DNA from: an uncultured bacterium
Lineage (GTDB): Bacteria; Hinthialibacterota; Hinthialibacteria; Hinthialibacterales; Hinthialibacteraceae
Length of the DNA stretch: 35,656 bases
NCBI GenBank assembly: GCA_964449065.1
Contig: CAYVAZ010000011.1
Coordinates: 1 to 35,656 of the forward strand
Direction: 5' to 3'
Position 1 is the stretch's first letter. Every line of letters begins with the position of its first letter. The notes beneath the pieces are model-generated. The model did no database searches. It was not told the DNA's origin and saw only the letters and a program-made list of their open reading frames with translations. A program made the position numbers and the translations under genes. Below are positions 8,627-17,009 of the stretch, piece after piece.

Positions 8627-9547
8627 CTACCGTGAGCGTTGGGTGTAGGCCATCCGGGGGCCGTGCGGGCCGCCGTCTTTTTTCTCTTCATGGCCTTCTT
8701 TCTCTTCTTTCTTTTTGAGAGAGGATTCAAGAGTATCGACAATGCCTTCAAGAAATTCAATCATCTTATGAATGGCTTGCAGTTCCGAGCGTTTTTTTTC
8801 CAATTGCGATTTGAGTTCATCGAGTGCGTCGCCCACAATTTTCAGTTTTTCATTGCTGGTGATATCGGGAACCGAGATGCGGGTGCTGCGCAAAATATTA
8901 TAGGCTTTTTTGATGGCCGTGATCGTGGAAATTTTTGCCCGCGCTTTGATATCGCCAAAGTTTTCACGGATAAATTTTTGCGCATTGTTCGCGAAAGAGT
9001 CACCCAGGTCAACTTCTTTAGAATAAACAGAGTGTTGGCATTTCATTTGCACCAATGAGGTTTGAAAGTATTCCGTCATGACGGTTTTGGTGGCGGATTC
9101 GGAGGGTTTGACATCCGACTTCATCATTTTCGCGAGTTTCTTTTTTGCTTCGACCAAGTCGATTACGTAGGTGTGGCTTTGCTCTTCCTTGCGCTGCAAA
9201 AAGTGAATGGTCTCGCTTTTTTCCATATCCCCAAAGGAGGTATAAGGGGCTTCGTAAAGCCAATCGACATATTGGCGGGAGGTACTGATGGATTCCAAAC
9301 TGGCGGCATAGCGAAGATCGCCGCCGCGCGCGAGTTCTTTTAACAAGCGTTTTTCGGAAGGAGAACGGACCGGTGCACGCAGAGAAATATCCTTAAAGAC
9401 ATCCTTAATCTGCTCGCACACCATGCGACCGTTGACATATTTTACAACCACTTCCGCACGGCGTGTGCCGGGATTGTCTTTTAAAAACTGCGTTATGATC
9501 TCTTCTTTAAATTCTTCTGCCGCTTGGGCATAGTCATCCATTGCCAT
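8627..9547 (-). CDS. Hypothetical coiled-coil protein
   Basis: 306-aa ORF with a charged helical C-terminal half, ending RMAYTQRSR. Confidence 0.7.
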   Translation of the reverse strand: MAMDDYAQAAEEFKEEIITQFLKDNPGTRRAEVVVKYVNGRMVCEQIKDVFKDISLRAPVRSPSEKRLLKELARGGDLRYAASLESISTSRQYVDWLYEAPYTSFGDMEKSETIHFLQRKEEQSHTYVIDLVEAKKKLAKMMKSDVKPSESATKTVMTEYFQTSLVQMKCQHSVYSKEVDLGDSFANNAQKFIRENFGDIKARAKISTITAIKKAYNILRSTRISVPDITSNEKLKIVGDALDELKSQLEKKRSELQAIHKMIEFLEGIVDTLESSLKKKEEKEGHEEKKDGGPHGPRMAYTQRSR

Positions 9548-9698
9548 GAGAAAACCACTCTCTGGTGTGGTGAGGTTTCATCACCATCAACAGTCTCCAT
9601 TGATTGCATTGATATTATCAAGTTATCATAAGATTATTATAACAACATTCTGAAGAATACAAATTAGAAAATTCAGAATTTCCATTGGGTGTCTCTAA

Positions 9699-11141
9699 TT
9701 ATAATTCCGGCTCTAAATTTTTCTCAGGCGGCCGCGATGAGACGGTAGATCGTAACAACCCATACCCATTCTGGATGGAACGGTAGAGTTCTACGGATGT
9801 CTTCCAGCCGGTAGCTTTGCGCCACAAATAAGAGGGACGTAGATGGAATTCACGAATGGCTTGATTGCGCAATTCTTTTACTCTCTCACTGCTGATTGTT
9901 CCTATATCCATCTGAGGAAATGGAGTTGAATTATCCACACTATCAATATCTTTCGGCGTCCAGCCTTCGCGGATGGCTTCCTGGCGAAGATCGGTCCCCA
10001 TGCGCGGGGCCGCTACGTTGAACGAAACAAAATCCGGATCCAGTTCTTTGGCATATTCGATAGAAGCACGTGCGGTTTTTTCGGTTTCTCCCGGCAGGCC
10101 GAGAATAAAGTGGGCAAGAGTACGAATACCAAGACGGCGGCACAGGGCGAAAATTTCTTTCACACGGGCAGGCTCGATTCCTTTTTCGATGGAATTGAGA
10201 ATATCCTGATCGACAGATTCCACACCGAATTGAATGGTGTGGCAGCCGGCGCGCGCCATGAGGGTTAACATCTCCTCGTCCATCACATCCACCCGGGAGA
10301 GGGTTACCCAATCAAAGTTTAATCCTTCGCTGATAAGACGGTGTAAAAATTCACGGCTGTGCTGCTTGTTTACACCAAACGTCAAGTCTTTGATCCACAA
10401 TTCTTTGATGCCGGCATCGCGCAGGTAGCGCAGTTCCTGCATGGCGTTATCGATATCGCGCAGTTTATGCGCCCATTTGCCGTTGAAGCAAAAACTGCAA
10501 GTGTAGGGGCATCCAAAATCTGTTAAAAACGACGCGAAGTGCTTTTGGCGGCCATGCGGGATTCGGTATTTGTGCATCGGGATAAGATCGTAACGTGGGA
10601 TTGGAAATGAGTAATATCGTTTGCCGGGATCGATTCCTTTCAAAAACTCATCATCTTTCTTAAAGAGAAAGTTGGGAATCGGTTCTTTTGAAAGGGATGA
10701 AGCGGTGGTTTGATCCCACGATTGTAAAAAAGAATCTACTGCTTCAGCCGTAAAATCAAGTAACACGCCGGAGAGCCAGGGATGTTTGTTCATCAGTTCC
10801 CTACCTTTGCTGACCATGACATCACCGGTGCCGATAATGGGGACGGATTTAGGTAGATTCAGTTGCTCAATAAAGGCTAAATCTTGGTTGTATGAAACTC
10901 CGCCTGTGAGAAACAGCATGGCATCCGGCTCAAAGGCGCGGATGCGTTCTTCGGCTTCACCCCATGACATCATGTACAAATTGGCATCGAGATATTCGAC
11001 TTCATGGTTGCGCGATAGAATCCCGCTTTGCACAACCAGGTCATACGGGTGCCAATAATAGTTAGACTTTGCCGTGTGGCTGCAATAATAGTCGCGCAAA
11101 TACGGCTTATCGCCGGGTGGATTTAACAGTAAGACTCTCAT
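9699..11141 (-). CDS. B12-binding domain radical SAM protein
   Basis: VLLLNPP N-terminus, GCPYTCSFC (CxxxCxxC), GVES, FILGLPGET. Confidence 0.9.
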   Translation of the reverse strand: MRVLLLNPPGDKPYLRDYYCSHTAKSNYYWHPYDLVVQSGILSRNHEVEYLDANLYMMSWGEAEERIRAFEPDAMLFLTGGVSYNQDLAFIEQLNLPKSVPIIGTGDVMVSKGRELMNKHPWLSGVLLDFTAEAVDSFLQSWDQTTASSLSKEPIPNFLFKKDDEFLKGIDPGKRYYSFPIPRYDLIPMHKYRIPHGRQKHFASFLTDFGCPYTCSFCFNGKWAHKLRDIDNAMQELRYLRDAGIKELWIKDLTFGVNKQHSREFLHRLISEGLNFDWVTLSRVDVMDEEMLTLMARAGCHTIQFGVESVDQDILNSIEKGIEPARVKEIFALCRRLGIRTLAHFILGLPGETEKTARASIEYAKELDPDFVSFNVAAPRMGTDLRQEAIREGWTPKDIDSVDNSTPFPQMDIGTISSERVKELRNQAIREFHLRPSYLWRKATGWKTSVELYRSIQNGYGLLRSTVSSRPPEKNLEPEL

Positions 11142-11144
11142 GGT

Positions 11145-11600
11145 TTAGTTTTCCTTTGCCAACTCAAGCGTATGATTGTAAAGTGAATCTTTAATTCTGA
11201 AATCCACTTGATTCAGTTCGTCAAGAATTGGTTTAATTTCTCTAATCAATCCATTGCTTTTGGCTCGAAGAAGAATACCAACAGTTCCAATAACACGCGG
11301 TGAAAACTGTTGTGCAATTCTCCGCGCTTTTTTATCATCCAGTATCAAAATAACGTTTCTCATTTCAACAGATAAAGCGATTGCTTCTGATTCACCGGCC
11401 CCTATTTGTGTTTCCAGGGCTGTAACAAGTGATTGGTTTTGAACCGGTTTTTCAACGAACCATGATTTGGAAAATCCTATTTCTGTTTGAACAGCCGGAG
11501 GAATGTAAATCGTATTAAAACTTTCTGAGAGTAGCCTCAATCTCTGAATACGCTCAAGTGCAATCAAACAAGAACTGTTACAAACTGCCATATTACTCAT
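11145..11600 (-). CDS. DUF3368 PIN-domain protein (putative toxin)
   Basis: AVCNSSCLI, IPPAVQTEI, GAGESEAIAL, LILDDKKAR, VIGTVGILLRAK. Confidence 0.88.
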   Translation of the reverse strand: MSNMAVCNSSCLIALERIQRLRLLSESFNTIYIPPAVQTEIGFSKSWFVEKPVQNQSLVTALETQIGAGESEAIALSVEMRNVILILDDKKARRIAQQFSPRVIGTVGILLRAKSNGLIREIKPILDELNQVDFRIKDSLYNHTLELAKEN

Positions 11601-11818
11601 AGATTCATTTCTTTATCCAAATCCTCCGTTGGATAATCAAAGACCGCTACACCGTTTTTGCCCAGCAGTTCCATAAATGCAGGTTTTGAATATCCAGCCA
11701 TTTGTGCAGCTTGCCCAAGTGAAAGCCGGGAGGTTTCGTAACATTTGATTGCAAGCATAAGTTTGGCTTCTTCCGCATTGATTTCTGGCGGCAATTGCAT
11801 TTGAAGTTCGCTGGTCAT
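11597..11818 (-). CDS. UPF0175 family protein (putative antitoxin)
   Basis: LAIKCYETSRLSLGQAAQMAGYSKPAFMELL. Overlaps the PIN gene by 4 nt (ATGA). Confidence 0.88.
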   Translation of the reverse strand: MTSELQMQLPPEINAEEAKLMLAIKCYETSRLSLGQAAQMAGYSKPAFMELLGKNGVAVFDYPTEDLDKEMNL

Positions 11819-11945
11819 TATCCCTTTCCATTCATGTAAAATATAGTGTAACTAGAGTGTGCGGCTGCAATAATAGTCGCGCAAATACGGCTTATTGCCG
11901 GGTGGATTTAACAGTAAGACTCTCATAATGATAACCTGACTTTTG

Positions 11946-12140
11946 CTATTTTTGGCTATATTGATTTCCAAGAGTGGATTGAGAATCTGCATGTTCTTTA
12001 TTTTCTGTTGATATTGATGACCCACTTCCCATGCCTTGGACCACTATATCTGGTTTCGGACGTGATGGGTGGCCTATCACTCCACCTTTTTTGACTTTTC
12101 CTTCTTCAATTATAACGTTTCGCGCTTGATTTTTTGGCAT
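11946..12140 (-). CDS. Small hypothetical protein directly downstream of the DUF6338-like gene
   Basis: 64 aa, KKGGV...PSRPKP. ATG lies 2 nt after the reconstructed upstream stop. Confidence 0.5.
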   Translation of the reverse strand: MPKNQARNVIIEEGKVKKGGVIGHPSRPKPDIVVQGMGSGSSISTENKEHADSQSTLGNQYSQK

Positions 12141-12142
12141 TG

Positions 12143-12853
12143 TTACTCTTCCTTTCTTCTATCATCTGTTCTTATTATATCCTTTACAAATGGAAATTCT
12201 ATGATGTATTTGTCTTTTGGCTTTGAGAGATAAATACCCGGTGATGTCATCAATTCCATACCTGTTTGTATTGTCGTATATCGTTACATCAACCAGAAAT
12301 AATTCGTTGCGTTCTTGACCAGTCGAGTAGGTATGAATCCAACCGTAATATGCAAGATGATCTTCTTTGTCGCGGACGATAACCCACGCTTCTTGCTGTA
12401 AGTCTGAATTCATCAGGAACGCAAACGTATCTAACTCTCCATGCTTTTTTGTAATCCAAAGGTTGTATTTTTCCCACCGTTTTTCAAGACCGATTAGCCA
12501 ACACAGTGGATTTCGCGCGAATCGATAAAAAATTTATGTGTATCGATTATCGTTATTGCCAATCCTGTAAAGAAAGCAAAAAAAGAAACGATGACGATTT
12601 CATTGTAATTGGCTTGACTTGGGTCTTTTAACGTTTCGGGAAAGTGAAAAGCAATAGAATACCCCATTACGAATGATATACATTTGATTAGAGCAAAGTA
12701 TCCAAAATAACTGAGGCATCCGAAAAGAAATGAATAGATCACGACTTCATGGACTTTATGCTCACGGTGTTCGGTCAGTTCATCAAACACTTTATACGCG
12801 ATGATTCCCGGCAGAAAAATCAGCATCATATAAAGCGTGAATTCAGACATCAA
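12143..12853 (-). pseudogene. DUF6338-like membrane protein with two frameshifts
   Basis: Adding one T in the T-run near 12530 and removing one A near 12266 gives one frame: ...LIFLPGI...HKFFYRFAR...KKHGELDTFAFLMNS..WVIVRD...YYGWI..S...NELFLVDV.IYDNTTGMELMTSPGIYLS...IIEFP...*. Confidence 0.7.
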
Positions 12854-12983
12854 TACCTCTTCTAATCATCTGCAAAGTTGCTCTAAAAACTATTCATCAA
12901 AAAAATTACAAGCTGCGACTGGTACATGTCACTATTCAAGATACATTCACTTTCCATCGTTATTGAAATAAACGAAATGGGCA

Positions 12984-13310
12984 TTATTTTTTGTGATCGC
13001 AGTTGTTTTGTACCAATTTTATTTCGAGATGACATCCCACTGCTTGTGCATACTTTTGAAGTGTAGGGTATGAAGGAAAGTGTTTCTCACCTGATTCAAG
13101 ACGGGAAACAGCACTTTTGGTCGTTCCCATTTTCTTTGCCACTGCCTCCTGCGTCAAACCGGATTTGGCACGGGCGGCAATCAACTCTCGAATCAATGTG
13201 TATTTCTCTTCCAGATCATCATACGCTTTTTTGAATTCTTTTCGTTTCATTGAGTTCTTCAAAAATTGTTGGTGGTCATGTGGAACCGGTTCGTATTTCA
13301 ATTCTTCCAT
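12984..13310 (-). CDS. XRE-family HTH antitoxin (HigA-like)
   Basis: ARAKSGLTQEAVAKKMGTTKSAVSRLESG...PSYPTLQKYAQAVG. Overlaps the toxin gene end. Confidence 0.9.
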   Translation of the reverse strand: MEELKYEPVPHDHQQFLKNSMKRKEFKKAYDDLEEKYTLIRELIAARAKSGLTQEAVAKKMGTTKSAVSRLESGEKHFPSYPTLQKYAQAVGCHLEIKLVQNNCDHKK

Positions 13311-13630
13311 AGCAACACCTCTTTCATTCTTCTTCTCGCGGTCTGAATTTCTTTGACCGGCGTTTTTTGTGTTTGCTTTAAAAACGCGTGAAGTAATACT
13401 ATACGTTGCCCGGAAAAAAAACAGTAAAACACCCTCCCAATTCCTTCTTTTCCCCGTAGCCTCAATTCGAATAACCCTTTTCCCATAGCCCGGGAATATG
13501 GCAAACGCAGATACGCACCAAACTCCATTAACAGTTCGATTTTTCGGGCAAAATCAGCCAAGATACCGTCCGGCCAAGATTCAATTTCTTCTTTGACATG
13601 CAAATGAAAATATTCAATGCTATATTTCAT
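13298..13630 (-). CDS. RelE/ParE-family toxin (HigB/Gp49-like)
   Basis: LRLPYSRAMGKGLFELR...GIGRVFY...IVLLHAFLKQTQKTP. Toxin-first gene order. Confidence 0.9.
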   Translation of the reverse strand: MKYSIEYFHLHVKEEIESWPDGILADFARKIELLMEFGAYLRLPYSRAMGKGLFELRLRGKEGIGRVFYCFFSGQRIVLLHAFLKQTQKTPVKEIQTARRRMKEVLLWKN

Positions 13631-13636
13631 CTAATG

Positions 13637-13665
13637 AAGTTAGCAAAATTGTAAACTTTCGTCAA
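13637..13665 (-). promoter_or_regulatory. HigBA promoter with overlapping operator palindrome, likely leaderless transcript
   Basis: TTGACG (13665-13660)-17 nt-TAACTT (13642-13637). Imperfect palindrome aagttagcaaaattgtaaactt at 13637-13658. ATG begins 7 nt after the -10. Confidence 0.6.
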
Positions 13666-13770
13666 CCGTATTTTTATGAATTCTCATTCAGAGAAAGGAA
13701 AACATTAGCAGGAGGGAATGATAAGAGAATTTTTAAACAGCAAAGTTTCAATAATAATTGTAATTTTTTT

Positions 13771-15225
13771 TCACCTCAGACTCACCAAATCGTGGAGTTG
13801 CCGCAATCCATAAATCATATAGTTGCTTAGCTGCCGGGGCGAACGGGCTTTCGCTAGCGTTTTTAAAATATACCCCGGACGCAGATAAAACGCCCGCAAG
13901 GCTTCCGAACGCATGGTAGACAGTTCTTCCAAGGTGAGGTATTTTGTGGGGATTGCCGGCCCGTTGTAGGCGGATTCAGGCAACACCCCTTCTTTCAAGA
14001 GACCCTCTTCAACCGCAATGCGGTAGAAATCCGTCCCGTAGAATGGATAACTGTAGAAGTATTCGATAAAGTCGGGATTGAGTTTGACGGCGAATTGTTT
14101 GGTGCGTTCAAAACTTTCGCGGCTTTCCCACGGCAGCCCTATCAACATATAAACACTGCTTTTTACGCCAACTTTTCTACATAACTCGATGGCCGGTTGA
14201 ATCTTTTCGAAATCCACCAACTTCTTCATTTTTTCCAGCATCTCTGGATCACCGCTTTCGACACCGAATGAAATCAGCCAGCAGCCCGCTTTTTTCATCT
14301 CTATCAGCATGTCTTCCCGCAGGGTATCGACCCGGCTGTTGCAAGACCAGTTGATATCCAGCCCTTGTTTTTGAATCAGTTTGCAGAGGTCGATCACCCA
14401 GCGTTTGTTGGCGGTGAATAAATCCGAACGGAAAAGAAAACTTTTGATGCCGTGTTTTTCCACGCATTCTCTGATCTCACCCACCACGTTTTCTGGGGAA
14501 CGGACACGGACTTTGCTTCCGGAAACCGCGGGGGCCAAGCAAAACACGCAAGGAAAGGGGCAGCCGCGGCTGGTGACGATGGTGGCTTGTAATTCACCGG
14601 TATCTTGGCGAAAGTAGGGTGTGTTGTCAATCAAGTGCCGGGCGGGAAAGGGGATGTGATCGATATCTTGAATAAAGCCGCGCTCGGGATTTTGTTTGGG
14701 TTCGCCGTTTTGGCGGAAGGTGATGCCGTTGATTTCTTCAAACGCTTTGCCTTGGGAAAGTTCGCGGATGGTGTCTTCATACTCCCCGCGCATGATGACA
14801 TCCAGCGAGGGATATTCGGCAATGGACTGAAGGTCAAGTTTGATGAAGTGAGCGCCTTTTGTGACGGTGATGATGTTGGGATTAATTTCTTTCGCGATTT
14901 TAGCGGCCTGCATGTCATCGGTCAGAGTAGGGGTCGTGATGGAAATGATGACGGCATCCGGTTGGAATGTCTTTAAGTCTTCACGGAAATTGCCCCAATT
15001 CATGTTATGCGCGGGATAGTCTTTGACCATGCATTCAACACCGTCTTGCTCGAGACTTGCTGCCATGTAGAGTAAGTCCATCGGTGGACGCAGCGCGACC
15101 GTGTGGAGATTTTTGATCGGTGTTTGGCAGCGCTCTTCGCGGATATATTTACCCGTCGGCGGGACGATCAGATAGACTTTTTTCCAAGCTGGGTTCGACA
15201 ACTTCATACTCCTTTTTGCCTTCAA
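13771..15225 (-). CDS. B12-binding domain radical SAM protein (HpnJ/BchE-like superfamily)
   Basis: SRGCPFPCVFC, WSCNSRVD, GVESG, IGLPWES. Start uncertain (TTG 15225 or ATG 15207). Confidence 0.9.
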   Translation of the reverse strand: MKAKRSMKLSNPAWKKVYLIVPPTGKYIREERCQTPIKNLHTVALRPPMDLLYMAASLEQDGVECMVKDYPAHNMNWGNFREDLKTFQPDAVIISITTPTLTDDMQAAKIAKEINPNIITVTKGAHFIKLDLQSIAEYPSLDVIMRGEYEDTIRELSQGKAFEEINGITFRQNGEPKQNPERGFIQDIDHIPFPARHLIDNTPYFRQDTGELQATIVTSRGCPFPCVFCLAPAVSGSKVRVRSPENVVGEIRECVEKHGIKSFLFRSDLFTANKRWVIDLCKLIQKQGLDINWSCNSRVDTLREDMLIEMKKAGCWLISFGVESGDPEMLEKMKKLVDFEKIQPAIELCRKVGVKSSVYMLIGLPWESRESFERTKQFAVKLNPDFIEYFYSYPFYGTDFYRIAVEEGLLKEGVLPESAYNGPAIPTKYLTLEELSTMRSEALRAFYLRPGYILKTLAKARSPRQLSNYMIYGLRQLHDLVSLR

Positions 15226-15252
15226 CTATCGAACGATAAGTAACCATTTCTT

Positions 15253-15307
15253 GGTGGGCTACGCTTTGCTTTGAGCCCACCCTACAATTACTCACCCTAC
15301 AATTACT
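15253..15307 (-). repeat. GTAG-type REP palindrome plus a 15-bp tandem duplication
   Basis: Minus strand GTAGGGTGGGCTCAAAGCAAAGCGTAGCCCACC. caccctacaattact occurs at 15278-15292 and 15293-15307. Confidence 0.7.
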
Positions 15308-15410
15308 CAATATTCTTGATGTTCAAGGTAAAGATTATAGCCATTCGTGAAAAACGAAATATGGGGATAGACGTAACAAGTTGTCACGCCTGAAAAGAGA
15401 AGTTGGATAT

Positions 15411-16229
15411 TTATTTTTGGGTTTTCGGTAGCACATGATCCGGCAAATACTCATAAACCAGATTATGGATTTGCCGCACGGTTTCTTGGGCGGATTGCGC
15501 GGATTCCATCACGGGATCGGTTTCTTCCGAGTACCGGCTGTCGATGGCGAAAGGAGAGAGTTCTTCGAAATCAAAATCATGGATAGGGAAATCCGGAATC
15601 TTTTTGATACACAGCGCTTGCAGTTTATCAATATTATGGATTTTAGGATATTCAATACCATGAAACGCAATCACGGCTTTGATCATTTTCTCGATGGCCT
15701 GCTGCGCGTGAAAACAGGCTGGATCGTAAGGCCCTTCATTGTCCATAGCCAAGTTGATCATGACGATATCCTTTTCCGCTTTTTTGAGCAACTCCGTGGC
15801 ATGATCCGCATCGGTTTTCTTTTTCATTTCGCCGTTATGCCTCCTGCCGTTTCCAGTATTGTCCTGCTGGTGAGGTTTCTTTTCATACAACACTTTGCCT
15901 TCACGACGGGCGACTGCATAAATGTGATTAATCGTATCCGACCAGGCTTCATAATCTTGCGGTGTGCAAACCAGTACATCTTTGGGATAGCCAAGTTTTT
16001 TTAATGCTTTGAGGTACCGCACCGTGTTGTCATATTTCGGTAAACCGGAATCATCGACGATGAGCAAATCCAAATCGCTTTCGGGCGTGGCATCGCCGCG
16101 CGCTTGCGAGCCGAATAGAATGATCTTCTCCGGATTTCCCGCCTGCAATAGCCTCGAGACCACGTCTTCCAGAATGGAAGGTTCGATTTGAAAGGATGCG
16201 GTTTGTATTGCCATGATACTCACTTTCAA
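15411..16229 (-). CDS. Fused minimal nucleotidyltransferase (MNT) + HEPN domain protein
   Basis: ILFGSQARGDATPESDLDLLIV (MNT), then ACFHAQQAIEKMIKA...PKIHNI...SRY (HEPN) in a single frame. Confidence 0.85.
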   Translation of the reverse strand: MKVSIMAIQTASFQIEPSILEDVVSRLLQAGNPEKIILFGSQARGDATPESDLDLLIVDDSGLPKYDNTVRYLKALKKLGYPKDVLVCTPQDYEAWSDTINHIYAVARREGKVLYEKKPHQQDNTGNGRRHNGEMKKKTDADHATELLKKAEKDIVMINLAMDNEGPYDPACFHAQQAIEKMIKAVIAFHGIEYPKIHNIDKLQALCIKKIPDFPIHDFDFEELSPFAIDSRYSEETDPVMESAQSAQETVRQIHNLVYEYLPDHVLPKTQK

Positions 16230-16286
16230 GACAGCTTGCTCTATATCATTATAGAAGAATAATGAAGAAATGAAATTAGATCATGG

Positions 16287-17009
16287 GTGAATTCTATGCG
16301 GGAACCACGCAAACGCGAATGGGTGTTTATGGACGCGGGGGATACGTTTATCTATGGATATCCCACTTTATATGACGCGGTGATGGATTGCTGGAAACAG
16401 GAGAACTGTGCCATTGAGAAAGAAGCCGTAAAAGCGGTTGTTAACCATTTTTTGCAGGAGAACCCCCGCAATGAATTTCATTCGCAGGAGCGGTTTGAGC
16501 AATATCTACGATCTCTATACGCCTACATTTTAAAAGAACTTCGGTTCCCCGGCGGCCATCTTCAGTATTGTGATATGCTCTGGGACGAATGGCAAAGCGG
16601 CAGACGGTTAAAGTTGTTTGATGATGTCTATCCTGCCCTCACGAAATTGAAAGATGCCGGATTTCGACTCGGTGTAATTACCAATTGGGATACGTCTTTC
16701 GAGCGGACGTTGAAACGGTTGGATGCCGATCATTTTTTTGATGTGTGCGTGGTTTCTTGTGTAGAGGAAATAGCAAAACCGGATGAAAGAATTTTTCGGT
16801 TGGCTTTGGAACGCGCGGATACCACGCCGGAAGTCTGCTGGTATCTCGGTGATCATGTGGAGTATGATCTGAAACCGGCGAAAGCGTTGGGGATGAAAAC
16901 GGTGCATGTGGATATCTATCAAAAAGGGCAACACGGCGAATTGGCGGATTATTACGCCCTTACTTTCCGTGAAGGAGTTGAGCACATACTGCAAGCATCA
17001 CTGGATTAG
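16287..17009 (+). CDS. HAD-superfamily hydrolase (subfamily IA)
   Basis: VFMDAGDT, GVITNWD, KPDERIF, YLGDHVEYD. Confidence 0.88.
   Translation: MNSMREPRKREWVFMDAGDTFIYGYPTLYDAVMDCWKQENCAIEKEAVKAVVNHFLQENPRNEFHSQERFEQYLRSLYAYILKELRFPGGHLQYCDMLWDEWQSGRRLKLFDDVYPALTKLKDAGFRLGVITNWDTSFERTLKRLDADHFFDVCVVSCVEEIAKPDERIFRLALERADTTPEVCWYLGDHVEYDLKPAKALGMKTVHVDIYQKGQHGELADYYALTFREGVEHILQASLD

Larger units (their letters stand above)
11074..11926 (-). repeat. 68-bp direct repeat (11074-11141 and 11859-11926) duplicating the radical SAM start and flanking a TA pair
   Basis: The copies differ at 2 of 68 positions. The upstream copy forms a mini-ORF at 11852-11926, MRVLLLNPPGNKPYLRDYYCSRTL*. Confidence 0.92.

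Noticed and set aside
11145..13770. Integron cassette array
   Set aside because: The genes are small and co-oriented, but I found no attC-like RYYYAAC...GTTRRRY palindromes and no integron integrase.
12899..13770. 13-bp inverted repeat aaaaaaattacaa flanking HigBA
   Set aside because: Low complexity in AT-rich DNA and no target duplication, so it cannot be distinguished from chance.
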